From an uncultured bacterium (GTDB lineage Bacteria; Desulfobacterota_D; UBA1144; Nemesobacterales; UBA2774), in assembly GCA_963705505.1 (NCBI GenBank), contig CAVPJU010000010.1, positions 320,001 to 384,000 on the forward strand: a DNA stretch of 64,000 nt. Reading direction: 5' to 3'. The position numbers and the translations under genes were made by a program. The notes beneath the pieces were generated by a model that was not told where the DNA came from, did not search any database, and saw only the letters and a program-made list of their open reading frames with translations. Position 1 is the first letter of the stretch, and the number at the start of each line of letters is the position of its first letter. Shown here one piece after another: positions 49,824 to 60,713 of this stretch.

Positions 49824-51854
49824 CTACGTTCCCCTCGCGCTGAGCTTTTCCAGAACGTAGCCGATCATGCTATCCCTCCTGACATACCCCTCGACATGCA
49901 GATTGGACAGGTCGTCCACGACGGGGACCCATTTGATGCTGCGCTCCCGCATGGTGCCCGCGACAACGGTGCTCGAATCGTTCATTGTGACGCACACCGG
50001 CGTTTGATTCATAAATTCGTGGACACTGGCCTTGGGCCTCACTCCCGCGTCCACCGCGCGGAAGATATCGGTGCGGGTCACTATGCCCCTGAGCTTGTTC
50101 CCGTCATCGACGACGCAGCAGAAGTCCATATCGTCCGCGCACAAGTTCCTGACAGCGTCCTGGAAAGTATTGTCGGGCGATAGCGTGACCGAAAGCGGTT
50201 TGATAAAAGTGCTGAGCGGCTGTGCCTGCAGTATCGCGAATGCCGCCGGTATGCGCTGCCAGATATCGCTGCTCCTCCTCCTCACGGCGTCGGCAACGAA
50301 TTCCCTGAAAGGCGCAAGCGTGCCGGATATCTGCTGGAACACCTTCTTACCCATTACGGTGAGCTCCACATTGGTCCTCGCACGGACGCTCGACTTACGG
50401 TTCCGGTTCTCGAGGAGCGCCATCTCGCCGAAGAAATCGCCCGTGCCCAGTATTGCTATTATCATCTCGGTCCCGTCTTCGGGGGATTTTCTTACTACCT
50501 CGACCTCGCCCGACTCGATTATGTAAAAATTATTGGACGGGTCTCCCTCTTTAAATACATAGTCGCCCGGCTGAAGATGGGCCTTCGATATCCTCTCCGT
50601 CTGATCCCCTTTGGGATGGGCGAGGTCGCGGGAGTAGAATATCTCCCACGCCCAGTCGAACCCGACCTTAAGCTGATGCGAAAGGGTCGGCAGCTTAAAC
50701 AAATAAACGGAGCGCCACAGGAACCAGGCCATGAACCCGGATATATGGAACCCGAGGAATTCAGCGACGGCATTATGACCGCCGATAGCGCACAGCTGCC
50801 CGAGCAATTTGAAGCGGAATGGCTTCGTCTCCTGTCCTTTCAATACACTGATGATATTATTCGCCGCCTGTCTGCCCTGTCTCTCCGCAAACTGGCCTGT
50901 CGTCGGGCTCGGCATTTTGTCATAATCGTTGACGATAAAGGCGCAGTCCCCTATCGCCCACATATTCTGACACCCCTTAACCCTCATATCGGGATCGGTT
51001 ATGATCCTCCCCTTATCCTTCGGAATATCAAGCTTCTCAATCATCGGAGAGGGGGCAGTGCCGACCGTGCATACGATCGTCGCGCCCTCCATGATGCTGC
51101 CGTCGTCCAGGCCGACGCCATCCGCCGTGACGAATTTCGCACGCTTGTTCAATAAGATCTTGATGCCCGCCTGCTCCATCTTTATCCTTGCGAAATCCCG
51201 GAGATCCGAGGTCACCTCCGGTAAGATCTGGTCCCGCGAATGGACGAGCGTAACCTTTATCTCCTCTTTGGGAATATTCCTGTAATACCTGTACGTATCC
51301 CGGACGAGGTCGTTTATTTCCCCCGCCACCTCAACGCCGCTGAAACCGCCGCCGACTATTACGAACGAAAGATACCACCGCCTGAGATCGACGTTATCCG
51401 CGATTTCGGCGTTCTCCATCTGCTGCAGCACATGGTACCGGAGGGCGACCGCGTCCCCGATGGTCTTGAGAGGGAAGGCATGGTCGGCCATACCGGGTAT
51501 GAGACCGAGGTTAACGTCGGAGCCGCATGCGATGACGAGGTGGTCGTAGTACATCATGCCCTTGACACCGCGGTCTCCGATGAACTCTACATAATTGTTA
51601 TTTACATCTATATGGCTTATATCCTCGGTCCTGCAGTAAACTCCGGGAAGCATCTGTCTCAGAGGAACGGCGACAGGCTCGGGGCTTATAGACGCTCCTA
51701 CAACCTCCGCAAGCAGGGGCTGAAAAACCATGTAATTCTCGCAGTTGAAAAGCACTACGTCCGCCTCACGCCTTGCCAGTTGACCGCGAAGGGTTTTGGC
51801 GCATTTGACTCCTGCGAATCCGCCGCCGATTATGAGTATCTGTTTCCTCGCCAT
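49824..51854 (-). CDS. Type II NADH dehydrogenase fused to a cNMP-binding domain and a CBS pair
   Basis: GGGFAG, GGGFSGVE and AIGDC; F.EGD...FGEMAL...R..SV.A; VVD....L.GIVTRTD. Confidence 0.9.
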   Translation of the reverse strand: MARKQILIIGGGFAGVKCAKTLRGQLARREADVVLFNCENYMVFQPLLAEVVGASISPEPVAVPLRQMLPGVYCRTEDISHIDVNNNYVEFIGDRGVKGMMYYDHLVIACGSDVNLGLIPGMADHAFPLKTIGDAVALRYHVLQQMENAEIADNVDLRRWYLSFVIVGGGFSGVEVAGEINDLVRDTYRYYRNIPKEEIKVTLVHSRDQILPEVTSDLRDFARIKMEQAGIKILLNKRAKFVTADGVGLDDGSIMEGATIVCTVGTAPSPMIEKLDIPKDKGRIITDPDMRVKGCQNMWAIGDCAFIVNDYDKMPSPTTGQFAERQGRQAANNIISVLKGQETKPFRFKLLGQLCAIGGHNAVAEFLGFHISGFMAWFLWRSVYLFKLPTLSHQLKVGFDWAWEIFYSRDLAHPKGDQTERISKAHLQPGDYVFKEGDPSNNFYIIESGEVEVVRKSPEDGTEMIIAILGTGDFFGEMALLENRNRKSSVRARTNVELTVMGKKVFQQISGTLAPFREFVADAVRRRSSDIWQRIPAAFAILQAQPLSTFIKPLSVTLSPDNTFQDAVRNLCADDMDFCCVVDDGNKLRGIVTRTDIFRAVDAGVRPKASVHEFMNQTPVCVTMNDSSTVVAGTMRERSIKWVPVVDDLSNLHVEGYVRRDSMIGYVLEKLSARGT

Positions 51855-51998
51855 GTATATACGCTCCGTCCGCCTATCGTAACATATCGGTATTAATTTA
51901 ATGTTAAGGATAACGCTAAAATAAACGTTAAAGAAACCGCTCCCCGGTTACAGCGCTTCACATGGTGTGCCTGAGAGAGCCGACCTCCGGACGGGATT

Positions 51999-52865
51999 CT
52001 ATTCCGCACGCCCGAGGTTTACCGGAAGCTCGAAGCCAGACCTTTTACCGCTTTTATCCGTATAAACTATAAGCGTTTCCAGCTCAGTCCCGGAGGTCCC
52101 CTTCGACTCCAGTTTCTTTACATCGAAACTGATGGAGGTTTTACCGCCGCTCTTATCACTCTCAACGACTATATTATTAACGATGAACAAATTGCCGGTC
52201 ACCGGATAGAGATCAACGCCGCTCACGCCGTCAGCGGAATCCAGAAGGATGCTGACGGAGGTTTCATTTCCATCCTTTGCGGACGATTTAACTCCAATCT
52301 TAAAAGGGGGCTTGTTTCCTGAATAGTTCACGGGCAATCTAGACCGCCACTCCGAGAACAAAGCCGCATTTACACCTTCCGAAGTATCGGAAACAGGGAG
52401 CTCGAGCTCGAGCTTGGCCCTGCCGGGGATACAGATATCCTTGCAGCTGACCCACGACACATTTCCCTCGATCTCGACAGTAGAGCCGGATTTGAGACCG
52501 GGAGGAGCCGTTACCACGACGGAGAGCAAAAGAGAATCCTCATAGCCGTAATCGGTTAAATTACCCGCCCCCTTCAATATAGAAGGCACAGGCCACCTGA
52601 TGCCGCCAACCTGAAATCCCTGAGGAAGCTCGAATTCGACCGATGTGGGAAGACCCGAATCTCCCGGGTTCTTCCAGTATATATGCCAGCGGGGATCGAT
52701 CTCGAGCAAGACCGCGAGCTCGAACGACGCCCCGGGGCTAATTGCCGAAACATCAGCGATAATCTTTGCCTTTACAGGTTTGTGCTCCTCTTCGGCTTTC
52801 CCGCTTATTACGAACGCCGATAACACGAACAACACCGAAAGAAGGACCATAGCGTATCTAGCCAT
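51999..52865 (-). CDS. DsbD N-terminal-domain (thiol:disulfide interchange) protein
   Basis: WHIYWKNPGDSGLPT and CKDICIP motifs; signal peptide. Confidence 0.88.
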   Translation of the reverse strand: MARYAMVLLSVLFVLSAFVISGKAEEEHKPVKAKIIADVSAISPGASFELAVLLEIDPRWHIYWKNPGDSGLPTSVEFELPQGFQVGGIRWPVPSILKGAGNLTDYGYEDSLLLSVVVTAPPGLKSGSTVEIEGNVSWVSCKDICIPGRAKLELELPVSDTSEGVNAALFSEWRSRLPVNYSGNKPPFKIGVKSSAKDGNETSVSILLDSADGVSGVDLYPVTGNLFIVNNIVVESDKSGGKTSISFDVKKLESKGTSGTELETLIVYTDKSGKRSGFELPVNLGRAE

Positions 52866-52927
52866 TATATTCTCCGTTAGATATCTCCGCGACGGATAAT
52901 GAAAATCCGGCGCTCTTCTCATGATTA

Positions 52928-53395
52928 TTATTTAAACCATTTTTCAGGCGATACCCTCACCGCAAGGACCTCTCCGTGCGCACACTTATCTTCCCCTGAA
53001 AAAAGCCCGCACGTCACAAAGGATTTCTTTCCCTCCCTCTTTTCCACCCTCGCCCTGAGAGTTACCGCTCCGAAAATGGGGGTCGGCTTGTGATAATCGA
53101 CCTTCATCGATGCCGTAACGTACCAGATAAAGGGCTCGCTGTTCAGCTCCCTCCCCTCCTCCCTGTACGCGTCCGCAATCGCGGTGCAGATGGAATGGCA
53201 GTCGATTATAGTTGCGATTATCCCGCCGTTCAGGTATTCATCGGGGCCCGCCTTGTGGCTGATAGACGGTAAGAAGACGGAAAGAGATTCATCCCCTTCC
53301 CAGCGGCTCTTTAGATGGAGCCCGTGCTCGTTCCCGCTCCCGCAGCCCCAGCACTTGTTTTTTTCCCAGTAATCCTGAAAGGCTTTCCCGCTCAT
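52928..53395 (-). CDS. PaaI/hotdog thioesterase
   Basis: CWGCG..N..GL, GGIIATIIDCH and VTA...VDY.KPTP motifs. Confidence 0.88.
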   Translation of the reverse strand: MSGKAFQDYWEKNKCWGCGSGNEHGLHLKSRWEGDESLSVFLPSISHKAGPDEYLNGGIIATIIDCHSICTAIADAYREEGRELNSEPFIWYVTASMKVDYHKPTPIFGAVTLRARVEKREGKKSFVTCGLFSGEDKCAHGEVLAVRVSPEKWFK

Positions 53396-53433
53396 GCCGC
53401 AATCTCCTTGTACGTATTTGGTCAGTAGTAACC

Positions 53434-54534
53434 TTACCGCTTAACTTGCCTCTGCTCCGCTCTTCCGCCTCTTATGTGAAACACCTTCATTTCGCCTTTG
53501 AGCCGGACCTCCCCGAGACTTGTGGATGTAATGAATATCTGTCCAGGGAAGCCGTCGAGAAGGCCGAAGAGGAAACCTTTTCTCCTCTCGTCAAGCTCGC
53601 TCGTTACGTCGTCGAGAAGCAGGATCGGGGTTTTGCCGAGCGAGGTTTTTACGAGGTCTATCTCGGACGCCTTCAATGCGAGAGCGAGGTTCTTCGCCTC
53701 CCCCTGGGACGCGAAAACGGATGCGTCTCTCCCCCCTATCGTGAACCCCACGAGGTCCCTGTGGGGGCCGAGGGTCGTATGCCCCCGCCTCATGTCCTTC
53801 TCGAACCTCGCCGACAGCTCTTTTTTGAACCCTTCCTCAAGGCTCTCCGTCACTCCGAATGAACATCTGTACTGAATGCCCACATCGGCGTCCTCACCGG
53901 ACGTTAGCTTATATATCCGATTTAAATGGGGAGTAATCTTCTCTATGTATCTTATACGCCTCAATACGACGTGGCTCCCGGTCTCGGCAAGCTTTTCATC
54001 CCAGACCTCGAGCTTCCGGGGGGTGAGCGCCGAGGCTTTCGCCAGGACCGCATTCCTCTGGAGGAGCGATCTGTGGTAAAGCTTAAGGTCGCGCAGATGA
54101 GCGGGCTCAAGAGCGCAGATGAGCGCGTCCAGATACCTCCTTCTCCCCTGGGGACTCCCCTTGACCAGATCGAGGTCGGAGGGGAGGAAGGATACCACGC
54201 TATACCTGCCCAGGACCCTGGACGTCTTGTAAACTATCTTTCCGTTGAGCTTGAGCGTCTTTTTTTCACCGCTCAGGAGCACGTGCACCTCATCGAGTCC
54301 CGCATCGGACTCGACTTCGCCTTTAATCCTGCACTCTGTCGCGCCGAAGCTTATAAGCTCCCCGAGCTTCACCTGCTTGAAGGGTCTCCACATCAGGAGG
54401 AGGTGTATAGCCTCGAGCAGGTTTGTTTTTCCCTGAGCGTTATCACCGTATACAACATTGATTTTTTCGTGGAATGAAAAGCTCTCGGCCGTATAGGACC
54501 TGAAGTTTCTGAGTATTAAGGATTTTAGTATCAC
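53434..54534 (-). CDS. recF: DNA replication/repair protein RecF
   Basis: FRSY, GDNAQGKTNLLEAI, RRRYLD, GPHRD, SQGE and LLLDDV.SELD motifs. Confidence 0.95.
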   Translation of the reverse strand: MILKSLILRNFRSYTAESFSFHEKINVVYGDNAQGKTNLLEAIHLLLMWRPFKQVKLGELISFGATECRIKGEVESDAGLDEVHVLLSGEKKTLKLNGKIVYKTSRVLGRYSVVSFLPSDLDLVKGSPQGRRRYLDALICALEPAHLRDLKLYHRSLLQRNAVLAKASALTPRKLEVWDEKLAETGSHVVLRRIRYIEKITPHLNRIYKLTSGEDADVGIQYRCSFGVTESLEEGFKKELSARFEKDMRRGHTTLGPHRDLVGFTIGGRDASVFASQGEAKNLALALKASEIDLVKTSLGKTPILLLDDVTSELDERRKGFLFGLLDGFPGQIFITSTSLGEVRLKGEMKVFHIRGGRAEQRQVKR

Positions 54535-54655
54535 GAGAACATTATGATATATGAATTTGAAAAATTATAATAAAGAAGAACGGTTTATTCAATCGATATG
54601 ATGGATTACCAAAATTTTCTTGACCCTAAAAAGTGTGAACGGTATTATCTCTCCT

Positions 54656-56809
54656 ATGATAGCTCTTAAGATATGCGACTTGGCAAAGAAGGACGAGGGC
54701 AAGGGTTTCGCACGCTTAAACCCCGGAGATATGCAGGAGATCGGTGTTGATTCATGGGACCTCGTCGAGATCGGGGGGAAAAGAAAGACAGTGGTGCGCG
54801 TCATGCCGCTCGACAAATCCCTTGCCGACAAATCGATAATACAGATAGACGGAATAACCAGGGAAAACGCCCGCGTGGAACTGGACGAGCACGTATTCGT
54901 CAAAAAGATCGACAACAAATCGGCTACGAAAGTAGTGCTCGCACCGAGAAACAACGACTTATTGTATAACGGGAACGAGAACAAATACTTGCTCGACAGG
55001 CTGGACGGCTACCCCATCACCGTGGGCGATAAGATCCGTATCAAGCTCCCGAACACCGGGCTCGAGGACTTCCAGGTTATCGGCGTGATACCGTCGAATT
55101 CATCTATAATAAGGGCGTCGACTAAACTGGACATAAAAAGAAAGCCGAGGATCAAGTTTGACAGCTCCCGCGTGAGCTTTCAGGACATCGGCGGGCTTAA
55201 GGAACAGATAACCAAGGTAAGGGAAATTGTGGAGCTGCCGCTCAGGTACCCTCTGCTTTTCGATAAGCTCGGGATAGACCCCCCGAGGGGTATCCTCCTC
55301 GTAGGACCCCCGGGGAGCGGGAAAACGCTCCTGGCAAAGGCCGTCGCGCACGAGACGAACGCCAACTTCCAGGTAATAAACGGCCCCGAGATAATGCACA
55401 AATTTTACGGGGAGAGTGAAGCAAGGCTCCGCGATATATTCGAGATCGCGACCAGGAACCAGCCGTCCATAATATTCCTCGACGAGCTCGACGCCATCGC
55501 TCCGAAGAGGGATAAAGTCTCGGGGGACGTGGAAAAAAGAATAGTCTCCCAGCTGCTGTCGCTCATGGACGGCCTCAAGCACAGGGGAAATATCGTCGTC
55601 ATAGGCGCAACGAACCTCCCCTCGGCAATCGACCCCGCTCTCAGAAGGCCCGGGAGGTTCGACAGGGAAGTGATGCTGGACGTACCCGACAGGAACGGCA
55701 GGGCGCAGATACTTGAGGTGCACACGCGCGGGATGCCCCTTGAAGATGACATCGACCTCGAGCGGCTTGCGGATCTGACGCATGGGTTCGTGGGCGCCGA
55801 TATAGAGAACCTGTGCCGGGAAGCGGCGATGAAATCGCTCAGGAAGTCCCTCCCCGATTACGATGACGGCGAAGAAGGGCTCATGTTTAATAACGGGAAT
55901 ATCACGCCCATAAAGGTGGAAATGAGCGACTTCATGGACGCGCTCAAGGAAGTGGAGCCTTCGGCGATAAGGGAGATATTCGTCGAGATATCGAAGGTTA
56001 CGTGGGACGACATAGGAGGGCTTAAAGAAATAAAGGATAAGCTCGTAGAGGCCGTGATATGGCCTATAGTGCACAAGGACCTCTTCGAAATTACGGATAC
56101 AAAAGCGCCCAAGGGGATACTCCTCTGCGGTCCGCCGGGGACGGGAAAAACGCTCCTGGCGAAAGCGCTCGCCAACCAGAGCGGCGCAAATTTCATCTCA
56201 GTCAAGGGAGCGGAGCTCCTTTCCAAGTACGTGGGCGAGTCTGAGCAGGCGGTGAGGGAGGTGTTTAAGAAAGCGAAGCAGGTGGCCCCGTGTATCGTGT
56301 TCTTTGACGAGATAGACGCGCTCGCGCCTCCGCGGAGGGAATCGGACGGCACGCGCGTATCCGAGAGGGTCGTAAGCCAGCTGCTCACGGAAATGGACGG
56401 AGTCGAGGACCTGAGGGAGGTCTTAATACTGGCGGCGACGAACAGGATCGACATCGTCGACCCGGCCCTTCTGCGCTCGGGAAGGTTCGACCTCATCCTC
56501 AACATACCCTATCCGGACGAGAACGAGATCTATGAGATCCTCAAGATCCACACACGCGGAAAGCCGATAGCAAAGGACGCCAAATTAAAGGAAATCGCCG
56601 CTAAAACATCGGGGCTCTCCGGAGCCGATATAATGCTCCTCTGTCAGAGGGCATCCATAATCGCAATAAGGGAGCACCTCCAGAACAGGAAACGTACTCT
56701 GAGGATTACGGAGAGGCATTTCGACGAAGCGCTTAACGAAATAAAGAGCAAGATCATCGCGAATGTAAACTTCAATATCGAGCGCCCGGAAATCAAGAGT
56801 GTCCAGTAG
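54656..56809 (+). CDS. Cdc48/p97/VAT-family double-AAA ATPase
   Basis: N-domain (D.GKG.ARL, IDG.TR.NA); two AAA modules GPPGSGKT and GPPGTGKT with Walker B and R..RFD; start 54620 or 54656. Confidence 0.92.
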   Translation: MIALKICDLAKKDEGKGFARLNPGDMQEIGVDSWDLVEIGGKRKTVVRVMPLDKSLADKSIIQIDGITRENARVELDEHVFVKKIDNKSATKVVLAPRNNDLLYNGNENKYLLDRLDGYPITVGDKIRIKLPNTGLEDFQVIGVIPSNSSIIRASTKLDIKRKPRIKFDSSRVSFQDIGGLKEQITKVREIVELPLRYPLLFDKLGIDPPRGILLVGPPGSGKTLLAKAVAHETNANFQVINGPEIMHKFYGESEARLRDIFEIATRNQPSIIFLDELDAIAPKRDKVSGDVEKRIVSQLLSLMDGLKHRGNIVVIGATNLPSAIDPALRRPGRFDREVMLDVPDRNGRAQILEVHTRGMPLEDDIDLERLADLTHGFVGADIENLCREAAMKSLRKSLPDYDDGEEGLMFNNGNITPIKVEMSDFMDALKEVEPSAIREIFVEISKVTWDDIGGLKEIKDKLVEAVIWPIVHKDLFEITDTKAPKGILLCGPPGTGKTLLAKALANQSGANFISVKGAELLSKYVGESEQAVREVFKKAKQVAPCIVFFDEIDALAPPRRESDGTRVSERVVSQLLTEMDGVEDLREVLILAATNRIDIVDPALLRSGRFDLILNIPYPDENEIYEILKIHTRGKPIAKDAKLKEIAAKTSGLSGADIMLLCQRASIIAIREHLQNRKRTLRITERHFDEALNEIKSKIIANVNFNIERPEIKSVQ

Positions 56810-57632
56810 AGAAGTCCTTCTATATTTATTTTCATTCATACTGGGATCGGTCGTAGGCAGTTTTCTTAACGTATGCATATACAGGCTGCCGAGGGAAGAA
56901 TCCATCGTCTATCCTCCCTCCCGCTGCACATCGTGCGGAAGCGGGATCAGGTTTTACCACAATATACCGATACTGGGCTATCTGATATTAAAGGGCAGGT
57001 GCGCGGACTGCGGTCAGGCGATATCGCCCCGGTATCCGGTCGTCGAATTCATATCGGGCGTCGCGCTCTCAGGGACGTTCTTTAGATTCGGCTTCTCTCT
57101 CGATACTTTATTTTATACGATACTAATATACATGCTCATCGTCATAACCCTCATCGACCTCAAGCACATGATCATCCCCAATGTCATAACGGTCCCGGGC
57201 GCTGTAATCGGCTTACTGTATAACGCGCTGATGACGGACTGGGAAAGGAGCAGGGACCTCCTGGGAGCATTCAGCTTCAGTCTCGAGAATTTCTTCGGAG
57301 TATTGAACGAGGTCCCGTTCCTCGACTCGGTATTCGGGCTCATAATCGGCGGCGGACTGTTATTCCTCGTCGCTTTCCTCTACGTTATTATCCGAAAGAC
57401 GGAGGGGATGGGCATGGGGGACGTGAAGCTCCTCGCGATGATAGGGGCCTTCCTCGGGTGGAAAGGCGTGGTATTCGTCATGCTCGTGAGCTCCCTTCTC
57501 GGAACCCTGACCGGTCTGGCCATAATCCTCTATAAAAAAGGGGACCTTAAATACGCCCTGCCCTTCGGCCCTTTCTTATCCATTGCCGCCGTAATTTACA
57601 TCTTCACGGGCGGCTTCAGGCTCATAAATTAG
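56799..57632 (+). CDS. pilD: Prepilin peptidase/N-methyltransferase
   Basis: GSFLNV..YRLP; two CxxC; D...MIIP; MGMGDVKL; PFGPFL. Confidence 0.95.
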   Translation: MSSREVLLYLFSFILGSVVGSFLNVCIYRLPREESIVYPPSRCTSCGSGIRFYHNIPILGYLILKGRCADCGQAISPRYPVVEFISGVALSGTFFRFGFSLDTLFYTILIYMLIVITLIDLKHMIIPNVITVPGAVIGLLYNALMTDWERSRDLLGAFSFSLENFFGVLNEVPFLDSVFGLIIGGGLLFLVAFLYVIIRKTEGMGMGDVKLLAMIGAFLGWKGVVFVMLVSSLLGTLTGLAIILYKKGDLKYALPFGPFLSIAAVIYIFTGGFRLIN

Positions 57633-57727
57633 TTACCACTGCGGCGCAAAAAGGAACTAAACTTAGTGCAGACGTATAGTCTTCGTAAGCACATCTACGA
57701 ATGTGTCTGTATAGTTGCGCCGAAAAT

Positions 57728-59233
57728 ATGCGACAGATAGGGCTCAGAGCGGAAATACTCGTAAACATCCTTTTCATAACCGCCGTTGCAATGTTCCTCA
57801 TAGGCATCATTGCATTCAAACTGACGGAGAGGTCAGCCGTCCAGGGGAAGATAGAAAGCGTCAACACGATAATAACAGCGCTCGAGGATTCGTACCTCAA
57901 GAAAAACGATATCGCGGGGGGCATCGGATTCTTAAAAGGGGTGCTCAACCCCGGGGCGTGGGGTGTTATAGCGGCAAGCGGTGAGAGAGTCTATTTCAGG
58001 ACATCCGACGGAAAGGACGAAGGGAGCGAGACAGACCCGCTCATCCTCGAGGCGATGAGGACGGGCAGCAGGGTTACCGAAATAGAAGGTGTAAACATAC
58101 CCCCGCTCTCTTCATACGAAGGTATCAAGATCGCAACGCCGGTCAGGATCTCGGGAAATCCGGGAGGGGTCCTTCTCATTTACCAGCCGCTCTCGACGTT
58201 TGAAGATAACATGGCGCTGAGCCAGAGGCTCATAGCGCTCTGGATAATTGTGTTTCTGGTCATAATAGCCCTCTTCGGGTTCTACATACTTTCCAGGAGA
58301 ATAGTTAAGCCGGTACACGAGCTCATAAAAACGACCGAGAAGATCGGGGGAGGCAGGTTCCCCGAGCATGCGGAGATCGGGAACGTCAAGGAGATAAACC
58401 AGCTATATTCGGCGCTCCGTGTCATGTTCGAAGAGATAGAGAGCGGGAAAAGGAAGCTGAAAGACAAGATCGGAGAGCTCGAAGAGACGAACGCCGAACT
58501 CAAATTGACCCAGAAGGAGCTGATAGCCGCGGAAAAGCTCGCCTCGCTGGGACAGCTTTCGGCAGGAGTGGCGCACGAGATCGGGAACCCCCTATCCGCT
58601 ATTAAGGGTTATGCAGACGTGCTCAAGAGGGCTCCCGATATGGATAACGACAAAAGGATGGGCTTCATCGGCGATATACAGAGGGAAGTCGACAGGGTGG
58701 ATAAGATCATAAGAACGCTCCTCGATTACTCCCGTCCGAGAAAAAGCTCTCCCCAGGTCGTAAACGTAAATCAGGTAATTAAAGACACCGCGGACATAGT
58801 GAGGAGTCAGGGGGTATTGAAAAACATATCGCTCAATCTCGAGCTGTCGGAGGAGACGCCGTCAATAATAGCCGACCCCGGGCAGCTCTCTCAGGTCATA
58901 ATCAACCTCATCCTGAACTCCAAGGACGCAATGACCGATTCGGGAGAAATCGTCATTTCAACGGCTGGCGACGGGGAATCACGCGTAATAATCTCCGTCA
59001 GAGATAACGGCAAGGGCATACCGAGAGAAATACTCGATAAAATATTCGACCCCTTTTTTACGACGAAGGACCCCGGACACGGCACGGGACTGGGCCTCTC
59101 GGTCTCCGCCAGGATCGTGGAGGCGTTCGAAGGCAGTATCCAGGTCGAGAGCGCGGAGGGAGAAGGGTCTCTTTTCAGGATGATTTTCCCGGCTGTAAGA
59201 GGTTATAAGAATGCAGAGAATTTTGGTAATTGA
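57728..59233 (+). CDS. HAMP sensor histidine kinase (NtrB/PilS-like)
   Basis: Two TM segments, HAMP, AHEIGNPL, N box, DNGKG, FDPFFTTK and GTGLGL. Confidence 0.93.
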   Translation: MRQIGLRAEILVNILFITAVAMFLIGIIAFKLTERSAVQGKIESVNTIITALEDSYLKKNDIAGGIGFLKGVLNPGAWGVIAASGERVYFRTSDGKDEGSETDPLILEAMRTGSRVTEIEGVNIPPLSSYEGIKIATPVRISGNPGGVLLIYQPLSTFEDNMALSQRLIALWIIVFLVIIALFGFYILSRRIVKPVHELIKTTEKIGGGRFPEHAEIGNVKEINQLYSALRVMFEEIESGKRKLKDKIGELEETNAELKLTQKELIAAEKLASLGQLSAGVAHEIGNPLSAIKGYADVLKRAPDMDNDKRMGFIGDIQREVDRVDKIIRTLLDYSRPRKSSPQVVNVNQVIKDTADIVRSQGVLKNISLNLELSEETPSIIADPGQLSQVIINLILNSKDAMTDSGEIVISTAGDGESRVIISVRDNGKGIPREILDKIFDPFFTTKDPGHGTGLGLSVSARIVEAFEGSIQVESAEGEGSLFRMIFPAVRGYKNAENFGN

Positions 59234-60566
59234 CGACGAGAAAGGAATCCGCGATTCGCTGTCGCTCATACTCCATATGGAGGGGTATGAAGCGGAGAGC
59301 GTCGATAACGCGAAAACGGGGCTCGGACTTATCGACCGGGGCGGCAGGTACGATTTTATCATCTGCGATATAAAGCTCCCGGGAATGAGCGGAATGGAGT
59401 TCCTCGAAGAAATGCGGGAGAGGGACCTCGCATCGATCATTATCATGATCTCGGCTTACGGGACCGTAGAAAGCTCGATCGACGCTATAAAAAAGGGAGC
59501 CGACGACTATATAAATAAACCGATAAACCCTGAGGAGCTCATACTCAGGATGCGGATGGCTCAGGAAAGACAGCTCCTCAGGGTCAAAAATATATATCTG
59601 CAGAAAGAAATCGGCACACGCGGGGATTTCACAGACATAGTTTATGCGAGCGAAAAAATGGATGCCGTCATCAAGCTTTCCGAGAAGGCGTCCCAATTTA
59701 AAACCACCGTCCTCATATCCGGAGAAAGCGGGACGGGAAAGGAGCTCATCGCAAAGGCGATACATAACAGCAGCAGGAGAAAAGAGGCCCCGTTTATCGC
59801 GGTAAACTGCGCCGCAATCCCGGAGGCGCTCCTGGAGAGCGAGCTCTTCGGATACGTAAGGGGAGCGTTCAGCGGGGCCGACGGCTCGAAAAGAGGGTTA
59901 ATGGAAGAGGCCCACGGGGGAACTCTTTTTCTCGACGAGATCGGGGAATTCCCGCTCCCGCTTCAGCCGAAGCTCCTTCGCGTGCTCCAGGAGGAAGAGA
60001 TAAGGAGGCTCGGCGATACAAAGCTTATCAAAATAGACGTGAGAGTGATCGCAGCCACGTCCAGGGACCTCGATCACGAGGTTAAAAACGGAGGGTTCAG
60101 GAACGACCTGTATTACAGAATTAATGTCTTCCCCATATCCATACCCCCGCTCAGGGAGAGGAAGGAGGACATACCCCTCCTAGTACGCCATTTTATAGAC
60201 AAATACAACTGTGAGCTCAACCACAGGATTAAAGATGTAATGCCCGAAGTCATGTCGGAATTAATGAATTACGGCTGGCCCGGGAATGTGAGGGAGCTCG
60301 AGAACGCCGTCGAAAGGGCGATGATCCTCTGCGATTCCGATTATATAAGTCAGGTCGACGTCGGCGCCGCCGACTCGAAAGGGAGCTTCAGTCCGGGAAA
60401 CTGGATCAGTACGTTTACATACGACGAAGCAAGGAAGAGGATCGAAAGGGCTTACATCGAACAAGCTCTCTCGGACACCCGGGGTAACCGCACTAAAGCG
60501 GCAAAGATCCTCGGAATAAGCCGCCGCTCGCTGCTTTATAAGCTGAAAGAGCACGAGGAAACCTGA
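59211..60566 (+). CDS. Sigma-54-dependent response regulator (NtrC/PilR-like)
   Basis: Receiver domain, GESGTGKE, GAFSGA, WPGNVREL and Fis HTH. Confidence 0.95.
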   Translation: MQRILVIDDEKGIRDSLSLILHMEGYEAESVDNAKTGLGLIDRGGRYDFIICDIKLPGMSGMEFLEEMRERDLASIIIMISAYGTVESSIDAIKKGADDYINKPINPEELILRMRMAQERQLLRVKNIYLQKEIGTRGDFTDIVYASEKMDAVIKLSEKASQFKTTVLISGESGTGKELIAKAIHNSSRRKEAPFIAVNCAAIPEALLESELFGYVRGAFSGADGSKRGLMEEAHGGTLFLDEIGEFPLPLQPKLLRVLQEEEIRRLGDTKLIKIDVRVIAATSRDLDHEVKNGGFRNDLYYRINVFPISIPPLRERKEDIPLLVRHFIDKYNCELNHRIKDVMPEVMSELMNYGWPGNVRELENAVERAMILCDSDYISQVDVGAADSKGSFSPGNWISTFTYDEARKRIERAYIEQALSDTRGNRTKAAKILGISRRSLLYKLKEHEET

Positions 60567-60713
60567 GGCGAATCTGACACCCTGCATCGGCTAAATTGCC
60601 TCTTCGGGTAACTCGGGAAAGGATCAGGGTCGTGGGAGATTTATTCATCACGGCCGGTATGCAGGGTATGCTATATTGCAGGTGTTAATTCTATAAGCGA
60701 GGAATAAATCCAT

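Noticed and set aside
55100..56505. Long antisense ORFs (324 aa, 215 aa and similar ones elsewhere)
   Set aside because: They are shadows of well-conserved genes on the opposite strand, caused by codon bias.
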